A DNA stretch of 64,000 bases. It comes from Polyangiaceae bacterium (GTDB taxonomy: Bacteria > Myxococcota_A > Polyangia > Polyangiales > Polyangiaceae). Positions 18,748 to 30,800 of the stretch are shown in pieces. How positions within the stretch are numbered: position 1 is the first letter of the stretch; the number at the start of each line of letters is the position of its first letter. The notes under the pieces are model-generated. The model was not told the DNA's origin, made no database searches, and was given only the letters and a program-made list of their open reading frames with translations. The DNA is taken from contig JBILLK010000012.1 of NCBI GenBank assembly GCA_044376115.1, positions 32,001 through 96,000 on the forward strand. The letters are read 5' to 3'. The translations under genes and the position numbers were made by a program.

Positions 18748-20046
18748 ATGCGTGAGACCCTCTTACACGCCCCGTTCGAAGTCCACCGCATCCTCACGAT
18801 GATCCTCGCCGGTGGCGAGGGGCGTCGGCTCGGCCCTTTGACGGCCGAACGAGCGAAGCCTGCGGTACCGTTCGGTGGCCGATACCGCATCATCGATATC
18901 GTCCTCTCCAACATGGTCAATTCGGGATTGACCCGGATCAAGGTCATCACTCAGTACAAGAGTGCTTCCCTCGAGGAGCACATCGCTCGGGCTTGGCGAC
19001 TTTCGCCCATGCTCGACAGCTACATCGAGACGCTTCCTGCGCAGCAGCGCACGGGGCTTTCGTGGTTCAAGGGCTCCGCCGACGCGGTCTACCAGACGCT
19101 TCACGTCATCGAGGACGAGAATCCCGAGCACGTGACCATCTTCGGGGGGGACCACGTCTACAAGATGGATGTCCGGCAAATGTTGCTGGACCATCTCAAC
19201 AAGTCCGCTGATCTCACAGTCGCGGCGATTCCCGTGCGCAAGGACGAGGCTCGCTCCTTCGGGGTGATCGAAATCGATGCCGAGGGTCGCATTCTCGCCT
19301 TCCACGAGAAGGTGCAAGACCCGCCGGAAATGCCGGGCCGTCCTGGGTGGTGCCTTGCCTCGATGGGCAACTACATCTTCAAGACCGGACCGCTCACGGC
19401 CGCGCTTCACGCTGACGCGAAAGACGACGCCAGCGCTCACGATTTTGGCCGCGACATCGTGCCGCGTATGGTCGCCGAGAAGCACAACTGCTTCGTCTAC
19501 GACTTCATGACCAACCGCGTACCCGGGGAAGATCCCGAGGGGGCCACCGCGGCCTACTGGCGAGACATTGGTACCGTCGACGCCTACTTCGAGGCCCAGA
19601 TGGACCTCGTGAGCGTCAAACCGGCGTTCAATCTTTACAACCCACGCTGGCCGATGCGCACGGGCACCAACCACGACCCGCCGGCCAAGTTCGTCTTTCG
19701 CGACGAGGCGAATGCGCGCGTCGGTGTCGCGACCGAGAGCCTGGTCTCGTCGGGCTGCATCATCTCGGGCGGCCGCATCAACCGCTCGGTGCTCTCCAAT
19801 CGCTGCCGTATCAACTCGTTCAGTTCCGTTGACGAGTGCGTGCTGTTCGAGAACGTCGTGATTGGGCGCCATGCACGCATTCGTCGAGCGATCATCGACA
19901 AAGACGTGGAGATCCCTCCGAACACGGAGATTGGCTACGACCTCGCAGCGGACCGCAAGCGCTGGAGCGTGAGTGAAGGCGGTATCGTCGTGATCCCGAA
20001 GCGAGCCAAACTCGCCGATGGGGGAAGCATTCCGCCATCGCCGTGA
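18748..20046 (+). CDS. glgC: Glucose-1-phosphate adenylyltransferase
   Basis: ILAGGEGRRL, RAKPAVPFGG, GSADAVYQ, GGDHVYKMD, EK, ASMGNYIF, DFGRDI, YWRDIGT and a C-terminal beta-helix. Confidence 0.97.
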   Translation: MRETLLHAPFEVHRILTMILAGGEGRRLGPLTAERAKPAVPFGGRYRIIDIVLSNMVNSGLTRIKVITQYKSASLEEHIARAWRLSPMLDSYIETLPAQQRTGLSWFKGSADAVYQTLHVIEDENPEHVTIFGGDHVYKMDVRQMLLDHLNKSADLTVAAIPVRKDEARSFGVIEIDAEGRILAFHEKVQDPPEMPGRPGWCLASMGNYIFKTGPLTAALHADAKDDASAHDFGRDIVPRMVAEKHNCFVYDFMTNRVPGEDPEGATAAYWRDIGTVDAYFEAQMDLVSVKPAFNLYNPRWPMRTGTNHDPPAKFVFRDEANARVGVATESLVSSGCIISGGRINRSVLSNRCRINSFSSVDECVLFENVVIGRHARIRRAIIDKDVEIPPNTEIGYDLAADRKRWSVSEGGIVVIPKRAKLADGGSIPPSP

Positions 20047-20060
20047 TACGAGGGTAAGCC

Positions 20061-20753
20061 TTGAGTCGAACTGTCATTATCGGCGACGTTCACGGTTGCG
20101 TTCGCGAGCTTGAAGACCTGCTTCGGTACATCGGAGCCAAGCGAAGTGATCGCATCGTATTCGTTGGGGATCTCGTGGTGCGTGGGCCCCACCCTCACGA
20201 AGTCGTCGCCTTGGCACGGTCGTTCTCAGCCGTTTCTGTGCGCGGTAATCACGAAGACCGGCTGCTGCGCTGGAAGGAGTCCGGCGGAACGATGCAGATC
20301 GGCGGGCTCACCCGGGAGGCAGCCAAGAGGCTTTCATCCTCTGATTGGGAATACCTGAAGGCGATGCCGCTATGGCACGACCTGCCCGAACACAACATCC
20401 GGGTCGTGCACGCTGGGCTCGTACCCAACCTGCCGATGGCCGAACAAGACCCACGAAACCTCCTGTTCATGCGGAGCTTCGACGAGGAGGGAAAGCCGGT
20501 GATGGTGCGCGGCTTTCGCAGTTGGGCCCAGGACTACCAAGGGCCGGAGCACGTGGTGTTTGGCCACAACGCCAAGGACGACCCCGAGATCGCCGAGTTC
20601 GCCACGGGCATAGACACGGGGGCTGTCTACGGTGGCCGCCTGACCGCGATGGTCCTCAATCAAGGAGAAAAGCCGCCTCCCGCCGATGAGCGTGTACGCA
20701 CGTTGATCAGCGTTCCTGCACGTCGCGCCTACTATCAGAAGGAAGTTCGCTGA
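20061..20753 (+). CDS. Calcineurin-like metallophosphoesterase (PrpE/ApaH-like)
   Basis: GDVHG, GDLVVRG, RGNHE, HAG, FGH and IDTG motifs. Confidence 0.92.
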   Translation: MSRTVIIGDVHGCVRELEDLLRYIGAKRSDRIVFVGDLVVRGPHPHEVVALARSFSAVSVRGNHEDRLLRWKESGGTMQIGGLTREAAKRLSSSDWEYLKAMPLWHDLPEHNIRVVHAGLVPNLPMAEQDPRNLLFMRSFDEEGKPVMVRGFRSWAQDYQGPEHVVFGHNAKDDPEIAEFATGIDTGAVYGGRLTAMVLNQGEKPPPADERVRTLISVPARRAYYQKEVR

Positions 20754-20889
20754 CTGAACGTTTGAGGCTGGCGACGTTGGCCTGCACATTTTTTTTTCTG
20801 CCTTTGCGTACAAACTGCGACTGACGCAGATGCATCGGCTAGAGTGAAGCGTCCCGTACGTTGCTTCCGAACGGGCCTGAGGAACCTCC

Positions 20890-22980
20890 ATGGGTCAACG
20901 CTTCGAATCCGATCGACCGCGTCGGGATCTACCGCCTGTTGCGCCACCTCCGCGCAAGGTGTCCCAGCCCAGCAACGGCATCCCCGAGATGAGCGTTTTT
21001 CGCGGGCTCGGTGGCCCGCCAAGCGCGGGTCCGAACGGCGCGCGACCAGGTTCTGAACCAGGATTCGGCCCCCTTCCCGCGGTGAGCCCGCCGCCCGGTC
21101 GGCCGGGAAACCTCCCACCGGTTAGTGCCCCCCTCAAGAAGCCGTCGCAAGGCACCCTGGTTGGTGTTGGGCGCCCACCTCCGCCGCGACAATCTCGCGA
21201 TCCGCACTCCGACTCGATCACCAACGTCAAGGCCAACGGGGCCTATCCCGAGACCAATTCAGCCTCACGGGACTTCCAAGCTCGGGTGCCTGCTCCGGTT
21301 TCGAGTCGCGATGACTCAGGCGAGATTGTTGGGCTTGATTGGGACGAAGAAGAGGAAAGCACGCACGTGTTCCCGTCTTCGCACCCGCCTTCGCACGACA
21401 GCGGCAGCAACGGCATGCGCGCCTCCTCACGCGACATGTCGAAACGACCTGCACCGTCGAACGTCGACTACTCGAAGCCGCCTTCCACCGACACGCTGCG
21501 GCTCGATGGTGTGGACGCGAGTCCGCCGGCGCTTACGAAGGCGTCGTCCATGTTTCCACCGCCACCGCCGATCCCGAGCATCACGCAAGCTCGGCCGATG
21601 GAGTCGTCGGCTCCTGGGATCGCCCAAGCTGCGCTCTCACGGAGCGTCGTCCCCAGCTTCCCGTCCCCGCAAATCATCGAGCAAGCGCCGCTACCCGAGC
21701 AGCCCGAAGAGGTTCGGGATCAGGCCTTTGTACGGCTTCCCCACGGGAATCCACACACCGCGACGGAGCTAGCGATCAAACGTCCGGTGATGCCGGCGTT
21801 TGGCGCGGCATCGAGCGCCCCGCCGATCGCTGCACCAGCCGAGGCGGGTGCAAAGAAGTGGATGCTTGGAGCAGCCGCTGCGTTCGCGTTGCTATCCATC
21901 GCAGCGCTCGGCACGTACTTGTTCACCCGACGCCCAGGCAGCGTGCAGATTGATGTACGTGACGCGGCAGGAGCGAGTGTGCCTCGCGCAGAAGTGTTCG
22001 TGGACGGCAGCCCCGTCTGCAACGCAACACCGTGCCTCGTGCGGGATCTCGACACCGGCCGCCATTCGGTTCGGGTCATCGTGCCGAATTCCCCGGTGGC
22101 GATCGAACCGAAGACCATCGAAGTGGAGGCCGGCTCGGTGGCCAACGTTTCGTTCACGTTGGAGGCCGCGCAAACGACGTTGGTGGTCGCGAGTTCACAA
22201 TCGGGCGTGCGCATCTCGGTCGATGGCGTCGATCGGGGCCTGCTCCCGGCTCGGCTCACCGGGCTCTCGGCTGGCCGTCACGAGGTGAAGCTAAGCGGTG
22301 ACCGGTACAAGCCTGTGGAGCGAACGGTCGAGCTCAAAGCTGGTGAGACATTCGACCTCGGGGAACAGAAGCTCGCCGTCGCTAAGGGGAGGCTGACCCT
22401 CGCGGTGAAGGGCGAGGGCGTGTCGATCACGTTGGTACCCGACGGCACGGGTGGTCGTGGGAAGGCGCTCGATCCGCCGTTCTCCACGCCGATCGAGATC
22501 GACACCTCGACCGGCAACTGGCGTGTCGTAGCCAAGAAGGCCGACAACCCGGACTTCTCGCAGTTGGTTGACTTCTCCGATGGCGTCGCGGAGAAAACAG
22601 TCACCGTTGATTTCAGCAGCAAACAGCCGGAGGCCATCAGCCTCAATGACCTGCCCTCCTCCACGCCCTCGGCCAACGCCACCACCACCGCGACGAGCGG
22701 TAAACAAGCGCCGCCAACCAGCTCTCCGCCGCCCACGCGGACGAGCGAACCGGTTGAAGCGGCCAGCGGCTCCGGCACCTTGAACATCAACTCAATCCCG
22801 GCCTCACGCGTCCTGCTCGACGGGCAGCCTCTTGGAGAAACTCCGCGCACCGGTGTTTCGGTTTCTCCGGGCACGCACACGGTAACGTTCATTCATCCCG
22901 AGCTTGGGAAGAAATCGATCAGCGTCAAAGTGGGCGCTGGAGAAACGAAGAGCGCGGTAGCAAAGCTGCGCACCGACTGA
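20890..22980 (+). CDS. PEGA-domain membrane protein with a long Pro-rich cytoplasmic N-terminus
   Basis: GAGG RBS, disordered N-terminus and TM WMLGAAAAFALLSIAALGTYLF. PEGA repeats AEVFVDG, VRISVDG..GLLP and RVLLDGQPLGETP. Confidence 0.85.
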   Translation: MGQRFESDRPRRDLPPVAPPPRKVSQPSNGIPEMSVFRGLGGPPSAGPNGARPGSEPGFGPLPAVSPPPGRPGNLPPVSAPLKKPSQGTLVGVGRPPPPRQSRDPHSDSITNVKANGAYPETNSASRDFQARVPAPVSSRDDSGEIVGLDWDEEEESTHVFPSSHPPSHDSGSNGMRASSRDMSKRPAPSNVDYSKPPSTDTLRLDGVDASPPALTKASSMFPPPPPIPSITQARPMESSAPGIAQAALSRSVVPSFPSPQIIEQAPLPEQPEEVRDQAFVRLPHGNPHTATELAIKRPVMPAFGAASSAPPIAAPAEAGAKKWMLGAAAAFALLSIAALGTYLFTRRPGSVQIDVRDAAGASVPRAEVFVDGSPVCNATPCLVRDLDTGRHSVRVIVPNSPVAIEPKTIEVEAGSVANVSFTLEAAQTTLVVASSQSGVRISVDGVDRGLLPARLTGLSAGRHEVKLSGDRYKPVERTVELKAGETFDLGEQKLAVAKGRLTLAVKGEGVSITLVPDGTGGRGKALDPPFSTPIEIDTSTGNWRVVAKKADNPDFSQLVDFSDGVAEKTVTVDFSSKQPEAISLNDLPSSTPSANATTTATSGKQAPPTSSPPPTRTSEPVEAASGSGTLNINSIPASRVLLDGQPLGETPRTGVSVSPGTHTVTFIHPELGKKSISVKVGAGETKSAVAKLRTD

Positions 22981-23010
22981 TCGCTGCGCGCTGGCTGATG
23001 CAATCGACGT

Positions 23011-23030
23011 GGGGCCTCATTGAAGGCCCC
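23011..23030. terminator. Hairpin between convergent genes
   Basis: GGGGCCT-CATTGA-AGGCCCC followed by TTCGAGTTT. Confidence 0.55.
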
Positions 23031-23038
23031 TTCGAGTT

Positions 23039-23815
23039 TCAGTTGCCTTTGAAGGTAGCGGCTCGCTTTTCGATGAAGGCCTTCATTCCTTCTCGCTGAT
23101 CCTCACTCGAGAACAGCGCCGAAAAAGCTGTCGCCTCAAGTTCGTTTGCGGCGGGCAGCGACTGGTCCTCCCCTCGCAAGAGGACGCGCTTGGCAGCGGC
23201 CACCGCGAGCGGCCCCATCGCGCAGATCTTCTTGGCGGTGGCTTCAGCCTGCGTGATCAACTCGGCCCCCGGAAAAACGGCGTTGACGAGACCGAGCCGC
23301 AACGCCTCAGCAGCCGTGATCACATCGCCGGTGTAGACGAGCTCACGGGCCTTACCAACGCCCACGCGTCGCGCCAGTCGCTGGGTGCCACCAAAGCCGG
23401 GGATGACGCCAAGCTTCACCTCCGGTTGCCCAAACTTTGCCGAATCAGAGGCGAAGATGAAGTCGCAGGCGAGCGCCAACTCACAGCCTCCACCCAGCGC
23501 AAATCCGTTCACCGCAGCGATGATTGGGAAGGGTGCTTCCTCAAACATCGAACCGAGACGATGTCCGAGCTCAGCAAAGCGACGTGCTTCAGCGGGCTGC
23601 AGGTTCGCCATCGCCGCGATGTCAGCCCCAGCGACGAAGGCCTTGCCTTCACCGGTGAGGATCGCGCACCGAGGACGCTCGGCTTGCTCGAGCAGCGAGC
23701 GGAAAACGTCGGTCAGTTCTTGCAGCAGCTCGGGACTGAGCGCGTTCAGCTTGTCCGGACGCGAGATGGTGACCGTCGCGGTTTGTTCGCTTTGGGAGTG
23801 TTTGATGAAGCTCAT
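23039..23815 (-). CDS. crt: Enoyl-CoA hydratase (crotonase)
   Basis: RPDKLNAL, AFVAGADI, GFALGGGCELALACD, GQPEVKLG and PGFGGTQRL. ATGA overlap with the upstream gene. Confidence 0.93.
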   Translation of the reverse strand: MSFIKHSQSEQTATVTISRPDKLNALSPELLQELTDVFRSLLEQAERPRCAILTGEGKAFVAGADIAAMANLQPAEARRFAELGHRLGSMFEEAPFPIIAAVNGFALGGGCELALACDFIFASDSAKFGQPEVKLGVIPGFGGTQRLARRVGVGKARELVYTGDVITAAEALRLGLVNAVFPGAELITQAEATAKKICAMGPLAVAAAKRVLLRGEDQSLPAANELEATAFSALFSSEDQREGMKAFIEKRAATFKGN

Positions 23816-24693
23816 AGGACCCGCTGCCCCTTGGCGTCGTAACGGTAGAAGCCACGGCCTGTCTTCTTTCCGAGCCAGCCTGCTGCGACCAAGTTCTTGA
23901 GTACGTTGGGAGCGCGGTACTTGGAGTCGCCAAAGTTCTCGTGCAGCACGTTGGCAATCGACAAGACGGTGTCGAGACCGATCAAGTCCGCGAGTTCGAG
24001 CGGCCCCATCGGATGGTTCAACCCTAGTTTGGCTCCAGTATCGATGTCTTCCGCGCTGCCAACGCCTTCTTGGAGCGCGAAGGCTGCTTCACAAAGCATC
24101 GGGATGAGAATTCGGTTGACCATGAACCCCGGTGCGTCGTTCGACGTGACCACCGTCTTACCCATTTTGACCGCGAGCGCGTGGGTCTCAGCATAGGTCT
24201 CGTCGGAGGTCTGAACCCCCTTGACGATCTCGACCAGCTTCATCAGGGGGACCGGATTCATGAAGTGCATGCCGATCACCTGCGTGGGCCGACTGGTCGC
24301 GGCTGCGAGCTTGGTGATGGAGATGGACGAGGTATTCGTCGCCAGGATGGCTTCTTTGGGAAGTGCGGCGTCGACGGCGCGGAAGATGGCCAACTTGGTT
24401 TCAAAGTGCTCGGTCACTGCCTCGACAGCGAGTTGGCAGTCCCCAAGTTTTTCCCCCTGACCTGCGCAAACGATGCGGTCAAGAACCGAATTCTTTTCCT
24501 CTTCGGTCAATTTTCCCTTCTCCACCAAGCGCCCGAGCTGGGAGGCAATGGTCTTTTTTCCACCCTCTGCAGCGGCCTCGGTAACGTCGGAAAGAATGAC
24601 CGTGAGGCCGGTTGTGGCTGCCACTTGAGCGATGCCACGGCCCATTTGTCCTGCACCAATGACTGCGACGCGGCGAATCTCGAGAGTTCCCAT
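23812..24693 (-). CDS. hbd: 3-hydroxybutyryl-CoA dehydrogenase
   Basis: GAGQMGRGIA, EAVTE, ATNTSSISIT, GMHFMNPVP, PGFMVNR and HPMGPL. Start moved to ATG 24693. Confidence 0.95.
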   Translation of the reverse strand: MGTLEIRRVAVIGAGQMGRGIAQVAATTGLTVILSDVTEAAAEGGKKTIASQLGRLVEKGKLTEEEKNSVLDRIVCAGQGEKLGDCQLAVEAVTEHFETKLAIFRAVDAALPKEAILATNTSSISITKLAAATSRPTQVIGMHFMNPVPLMKLVEIVKGVQTSDETYAETHALAVKMGKTVVTSNDAPGFMVNRILIPMLCEAAFALQEGVGSAEDIDTGAKLGLNHPMGPLELADLIGLDTVLSIANVLHENFGDSKYRAPNVLKNLVAAGWLGKKTGRGFYRYDAKGQRVL

Positions 24694-24894
24694 GCCGCCA
24701 CTTTTAGCGCTGCTTGGTCGCCAATGTAAGAGACATGGTTTGGCACGATCCAAGCCTTGAAAGGGCGAGCCCTAGGAGCGTACATTCCGTGCTCCCGCAG
24801 CCCGCACTTTTTCTGGCATTCCGCGCGGGTGGGGGTTGGGTCTCGAAGCTCGAGGCCCCAAGCAATTCCCCGATTTTAGAGCATTCCCGCTGGG

Positions 24895-27800
24895 GTGACG
24901 ATGACTGTTGACTCGATTCGTGTGGTTCTTGGCCGACTTCAGGACGACCCCGAGAACGAGATTGCTTGGGAACAACTCGCCGAGATCGTAACGGCGCCGG
25001 GCACGCCGGAGGTCGAGCTGCTGCGCTTGCTCGAGCAGGCCCGCGCGAGATTCGAACGGCGCCGAGAGTGGCTCGGCGTTGCTCGCTTGCTGGAGATGGA
25101 GCTCTCCCTCTCCGAGGGCGAGGAGCCGGCGATGCAGGCGGAGCTTGCTCGCATCTGCGACGAAGAGTTGTTGGACTCCGGGCGGGCTCGCGCCGCCTAC
25201 GAGCGGCTGCTCGAGCTGGAAGCAGGCGAACAGCTCAAGGGGCGCGCCAAGCTCTTCATCCAGTCAGACGCCGAGAAACGTGGCAAGTGGACCGAGCTCG
25301 TCGAGCGCCTCGCGGGCGAATCGGAAGGTGCGCAAGATGACGCGTTGCGCGCCGGACTCCTGTTGGCCGCGGCCGATGTTGCCCTTCGCTATGGTGGCGC
25401 CAGCGCCGATGCTGCGAAGGTCGCCGAGTACGTTGAAAAGGCGATCGGGCTCGACCCGAAGGTCAAGCGTGGCGCGGTACACGCCGAAGTAGCGTTGCAA
25501 AACGAGCCCACCCGCTTGGTTGCGGTGCTCAAGGTGATCTTGGCCGGCAGCGGCGCCAAGGAGGATCGCGTTGCAGCAGGTATCAAAGCCGGCCGTATTC
25601 TCGCCCGGCGCCTCTCGGATCGTGACGGCGCCGTTGAGGTCTTCCAGCAGGTGCTCGACCTCTCACCGGGGCAGACCGACTCCCTCTCCTTCCTGGCTGA
25701 GGCCTACAACGAGACCGAGCAGTGGGACCATCTCGTGGCCCTTTACGAGGACCAACTCAAGGGTGGCGTTCGCGGCGAAGCCGAGCAGGGCATCACCCTC
25801 CAGATCGGCATGGTTCATTGGAAGCGCCGAGGAAAGCCGGAAGCCGCAGAGCCCCACTTCGACCGGCTTCGAAAGACCGACCCAACGAACGGGGCGGTGA
25901 TCAGCTTCTTCCGCGAATATCTGCGCGAAAAGGGCGACAACCAGAAGCTGGCGACGGTGCTTGGAGAAGCGCAACGAGCGAGCAGCGACCCGCAGCTCAA
26001 GAAGGAGCTGGGCGCGGAGATTGCGAAGCTTGCAGAATCGAGCGACAACGCGCAAAAGGCCATCGAGCAATACAAAGCTGTACTCAAGGTCGACCCGCTT
26101 GACGTTACAGCGCGCGAGGCTTTGAAGCGGCTTTACACCAACGCGGGGAACTTTCCGGCGCTGGTCGATCTGTTGCGGCATGACGTCGAGCGACTACCTG
26201 CGGATGACAAGCTAGGGCGCGCGGCGATCTTGCGAGAGATCGCTGCCGTGCACCGCAATCAAACCAAGAACGAGCAACAGCTGGTGCAGGTGCTGCAGCA
26301 GATCATCGCGCTCGACGATCAGGAGCAGGACGCGCTGCGCGAGCTGATTCGCATCTACGAACCGCTCGGGCGCATGAGGGACCTGCTCACGACCCAACAG
26401 CGGCTCGCCGAGATCACCGCGGACAATGACGAGAAGGCCGAGCTTTTCCGGGCGGTAGCTCGTCGTTGGGCGGAGCAATTCTCCAACGTGCAAAACGCGA
26501 TCAGCGCCTACGAGCGACTGATCGAGATCCGGCCGACGGACGAGGAAGCGCGCACCAAGCTGCGCGAGCTCTACACCAAGCGGCGCTCTTGGCCGCAACT
26601 GTACGCCCTCCACGAGATTGAGCTTCGGGACGCAGAGGGAAGCGCACGGATCGAGCTGCTGACGGAGATGGCAAAGCTCGCAGCCGAGCGACTCGACCGC
26701 GGCGCCGACGCCATCAAGATCCAGAAGCAGATCCTCGACCTCGACCCTTCGCAAACGGCGATCTTCGACGCGCTCGAGAAGCAGACGGAGCGCGAGAAGG
26801 ACTACACCACGCTGGCGGAGGTTCTCGAGCGACGAGTCGACTCAACGGCCGACGTCCCCGGCAAGCTGAACCTGCTGCAGAAGTTGGGAGCAGTCTACGC
26901 AGACCGCCTGAAGGACGCTGAGCAAGCCACCAAGACCTGGAAGCGCGTGCTCGAGCTTTCGCCCGGGCAGGCGAAGGCGCTGCGCGTTCTACGCGAGTCC
27001 TATGTCGCAGCGGGTGACTTTGCTGCGTTGGAGGATCTGTACGCGAGTCAGAACGACTGGGACAACCTGGCTGACTTCCTCTCTTCGTCGGCAGACAAGA
27101 TCACTGCAACCGACGTGGACGCCGGCAAGCAGAAGGTGGAGCTGAGCTTCCGAGCTGCGGCAGTCTACGAATCCAAGCTCAACGCTCCGGAACGTGCCAC
27201 GCGTTCTTACGAGCGCGTCCTCACAGTTGACGGCTCCAACGCCCAAGCCGCGCGAGCCCTCGTTCCGATCTACGAGAAGGAAGAGCGCTGGGCGCGCCTA
27301 CCTGCTCTGTACGAAATTCTGCTCTCGGTTGCTGAAAGCAAAGAGGAGAGCGTGGCGCTCTTGCGTCGACTGTCCCAGGTCACCGGTGGACCGCTGGCCG
27401 ACAAGGGGTCAGCGCTCAATTGTGCCCGCAGAGCCTATGAACTCGTGCCCGATGAAGCCAATCTCGAGCATCTCGAGGCAGCCGCTCGCGCCGCATCTTC
27501 CTGGGGCCCCTTCGTTGAAGCGATCGAGAAGAGGCTGGGAGAGACCGAGGCGAACCCGCTTGAGCCGACGCACGAGCGCAGTCTGCGCCTGAAGCTGGCA
27601 ATGGCGTACGCGCGTGAGCTCGGGAAGATCGACGAGGCGGTGGCTGGCTATCGGGCCCTGGTTCAGTCAGATCCGACCGATGCAGCGACCATTGCAGACT
27701 TCGATGAACTGCTGCGCGGTGCCGAGCGACGTGATGACCTTCGTTGGCTATTCGGCATCCGAGCCGAAGCGGCCTCGGGGCGAGATCGTGCCGGGATCTT

Positions 27801-30800
27801 CGAAGAGTGGGCCACGCTCGAAGAGGACGTCTTTGCGAACCCGCATCAGGCGATCGAGCTTTACAGCAAGGCCGCTGAACTCGAACCAACCCGCAAAGAC
27901 ACCCTCAAGGCGCTGTCGCGCCTGCTGCTCGCCGAAGGTCAGCATCGTGCGGCCGCAGAAGTAGTCGCCAGACACCGCGACCTTTGCGAGGGCGCCGAGC
28001 GCGCCGAGCGCGAGGTAGAGCTGGCAACGCTTCATATCGATCATCTCGGGAACCCCGAGGAGGCGTTCACTGCTTGTGAGCGAGCACTCGAACTGCGCCC
28101 CAGGGACCCGGACGTAATTTCGATCCTATCGCGCCTCGTTGAAGTGCCGAACACGCGTGGGCGCGCCGCCGTTTTGTTGCAGGCCGCCTTTGCCGAACTG
28201 GGCGACGCCCGACGTGAAGCCCAAATGCTGCGCGTGATGATCGAGACGACGCTGGAGCCTTCGCATCGACTGGAGCTCCACGTCCTTCTCGCCGAAGTAG
28301 AGGACAAGAAGCAAGGTGCGCCTGGAGCGGCCTTCGACGTCATTCTGCGCATACTGAATGAGTTCCCAAGCGAACTCTCGCTGTGGGATCAAGCGCTAAC
28401 GCTGAGCCAGAAGGCGGGACGCCCCACCGACATGGCTGAGGCTTACCGCACCCACATCGTGATTCAGGATCCTGAAACGGCAACGATCCAAACGGACGTC
28501 GAGTTGGTGCTCTGCGATCGTGCGGCCAACCTCCACGACCAGGAGCTCGGCGACTCGGACGGTGCTATTCCCTACCTCAAGCGCATCCTCGGGATGGACG
28601 TTGGGAACACGGGAGCCTTCGATCGCCTGAAGCAGATCCTTACTTCGGCAGAACGTTGGGGTGAGCTCGAGGAATTGTTTGATCAGGCGGCGCGTGCGGC
28701 AGAGGACGCCAGCACCAAGATCGCGCTCTTGACCGAGGTTGCGATGATCGCTGAAGAGGTGATCGGCGTACCGCAAAAGGCCATCGCCTATCACGAGCGA
28801 ATCCTCGAGATCGACTCGCTACACGCGGCTTCGCTCGACGCCCTCGAGAAGCTTTACGAAGACGAGGAGCGCTACGGAGACCTTGCGGCCCTGCTTGAAC
28901 GTCGCTTGGAAACGGCTATCGAGGACGAGGCCGTCGACATTCGGCTCTATCTGGGTCGGCTCTACTTGGAGCAGCTACTCGTGCCAGCGCGTGCGCTCAA
29001 TCACATCGAGCACATCCTCAAGGCCCGCCCGGATGACGCGGACGCGCGCGAGCTCGCGGAGCGTATGCTCGAGATCGGGAGCTTGCGGCTTCCGACCGCG
29101 CAGCTACTCGAGGGCGTCTACGAGGTTCGCGATGAAGTGCGCGCGCTCGTTCGCATGCTCGAGATTCGCCTCGAGTCGACGAAGGCTGGCCGTGAGGGCG
29201 CTGAAGGTCAACGTGAGGAGCTGCTCAGGAGAATCGGGGAGTTGCGCGACGAGCGGCTCCACGATGACGCCGGAGCTTTCGATGCGCTTGCACAGCTATG
29301 CCCCATGGTGCCCGACGATGGGTCCGTTCGAGAACGGCTGACAGAGATTGGTCGGCGACTCGGCAAGAATGAGCAGGTTGCGACCGTCCTGACGAGCGCG
29401 GCCGAGGCCGCCGACAACAAGTCGGTTCGCGCAGAGATCCTGATGCAGGTTGCCGCGCTGTATGAGAGCGCGCTCGGAGACGACAAGAAGGCTGAAGAGG
29501 TTTACCGCCAGCTGCTCGCGATCGATCCCAACGACGTGTCGATCGTTGTGCCAGCGGCGCGCGCGCTGAGTCGGCTTCAGGCAGCGAGTGGAGCGTACGC
29601 AGCGCTTGCCGAAACGCTCGAAATCGAAGCGAAGCTCGAAGAGTCGCTGGACACTCGCAAGGCTATTTACGAGCGACTGGGTGACCTCTACGAGACCTCG
29701 ACCAACGAGCCACAGAAGGCAATCTCCGCATGGAAGTCGCGCCTCGCCGAGGACGACGCAGATGAGAAGGCGCTGACTGCACTGGAACGGCTGTACGAGG
29801 CCGAGAAGGCCCACGCCGAGCTCGTGGAGATTCTCGTGCGACGCGAAGCAGTGGCTAGCGAGCCCGAAGATCGCAAGCGCGCGATGGTGAAAGCAGCGGG
29901 TATCTATGCTGACAAGCTCGACGACCCCAAGCGCGCCGCGATGATGTGGCGCAGCGTGCTCGACGCGTTCGGCCCAGACCGAGCAGCGCACGCAGCGCTT
30001 GCCGAGTTGCATCAGAAGGCTGGGAAGCATCAGGATCTCGCGGACATCATCGAGGCTGACCTCGCGCTTGCCGACGACCAGGCCGACCAGATTCAGCTTT
30101 ATCGTCGGCTTGGTGACGTCCGCCGCAACGACCTCCACGACGTGGACGGTGCAATCGACGCCTACCGCCTGGCACTCAATCTAGACCCGAACGATCAAAA
30201 GACGCGGGCCGCGCTCGAGTCGATGCTCGACGACGCGAACGCTCGACGAAGCGTGTCTGAGCTTCTCCATCCACTGTACGAAGCGGATGGCGATGCCGAA
30301 CGGCTTCTTCGCATCCTCGACATCGAAGCGGAGGTCGCCGAGACCCCCGCACAGAAGCTCGAGAAGATCGAGAAGGCGCGCGCGACGTGCGAGGGCCCGT
30401 TGGGGGATCCCAAGCGCGCGTACGAGTACGCTCGGCGCGCAATGAAGGAAGCTGCCCAGGACGATTCTGCGGCGAAGCAGCAGGAAACGTTGGAACGGCT
30501 TACGGCTGAAACCCAGCAATGGGAGGCCACCGCAACCCTGTACCGCGAGATCGAAGCAGAGATCTTGGATGGAGACGTTCAACACGAAGTGCTGGTTCGC
30601 ATTGGCCAAATCAGCACCGAGAAGCTGTCGAACACAGCCGTTGCTATCGAGTACTACAAGCGTGCGCTCGAGAATCGGCCAGCCGATCGGCGCGTGTTGC
30701 TCGCGCTCGAAGAGTTGCACCAGCAGGCCGAGGACCACAAGTCGCTGCTCGATATTCTCAAGCGACGCGAAGAGGCTGCCGAATCGGATGAAGAGCGCAA

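Noticed and set aside
18763..19872. 369-aa minus-strand ORF
   Set aside because: It is an antisense shadow of glgC, expected from high-GC codon bias, and has no recognisable motifs.
20784..20800. GCAC followed by a T-tract, recurring at about 20784, 24804 and 40347
   Set aside because: The motif is short and variably spaced. It cannot be told apart from generic intergenic T-tracts without statistics.
24740..24756. Sigma54-like TTGGCACGATCCAAGC upstream of the giant TPR gene
   Set aside because: The -24 box and spacing are good, but the -12 box (AAGC) is poor, so it is too weak to call.
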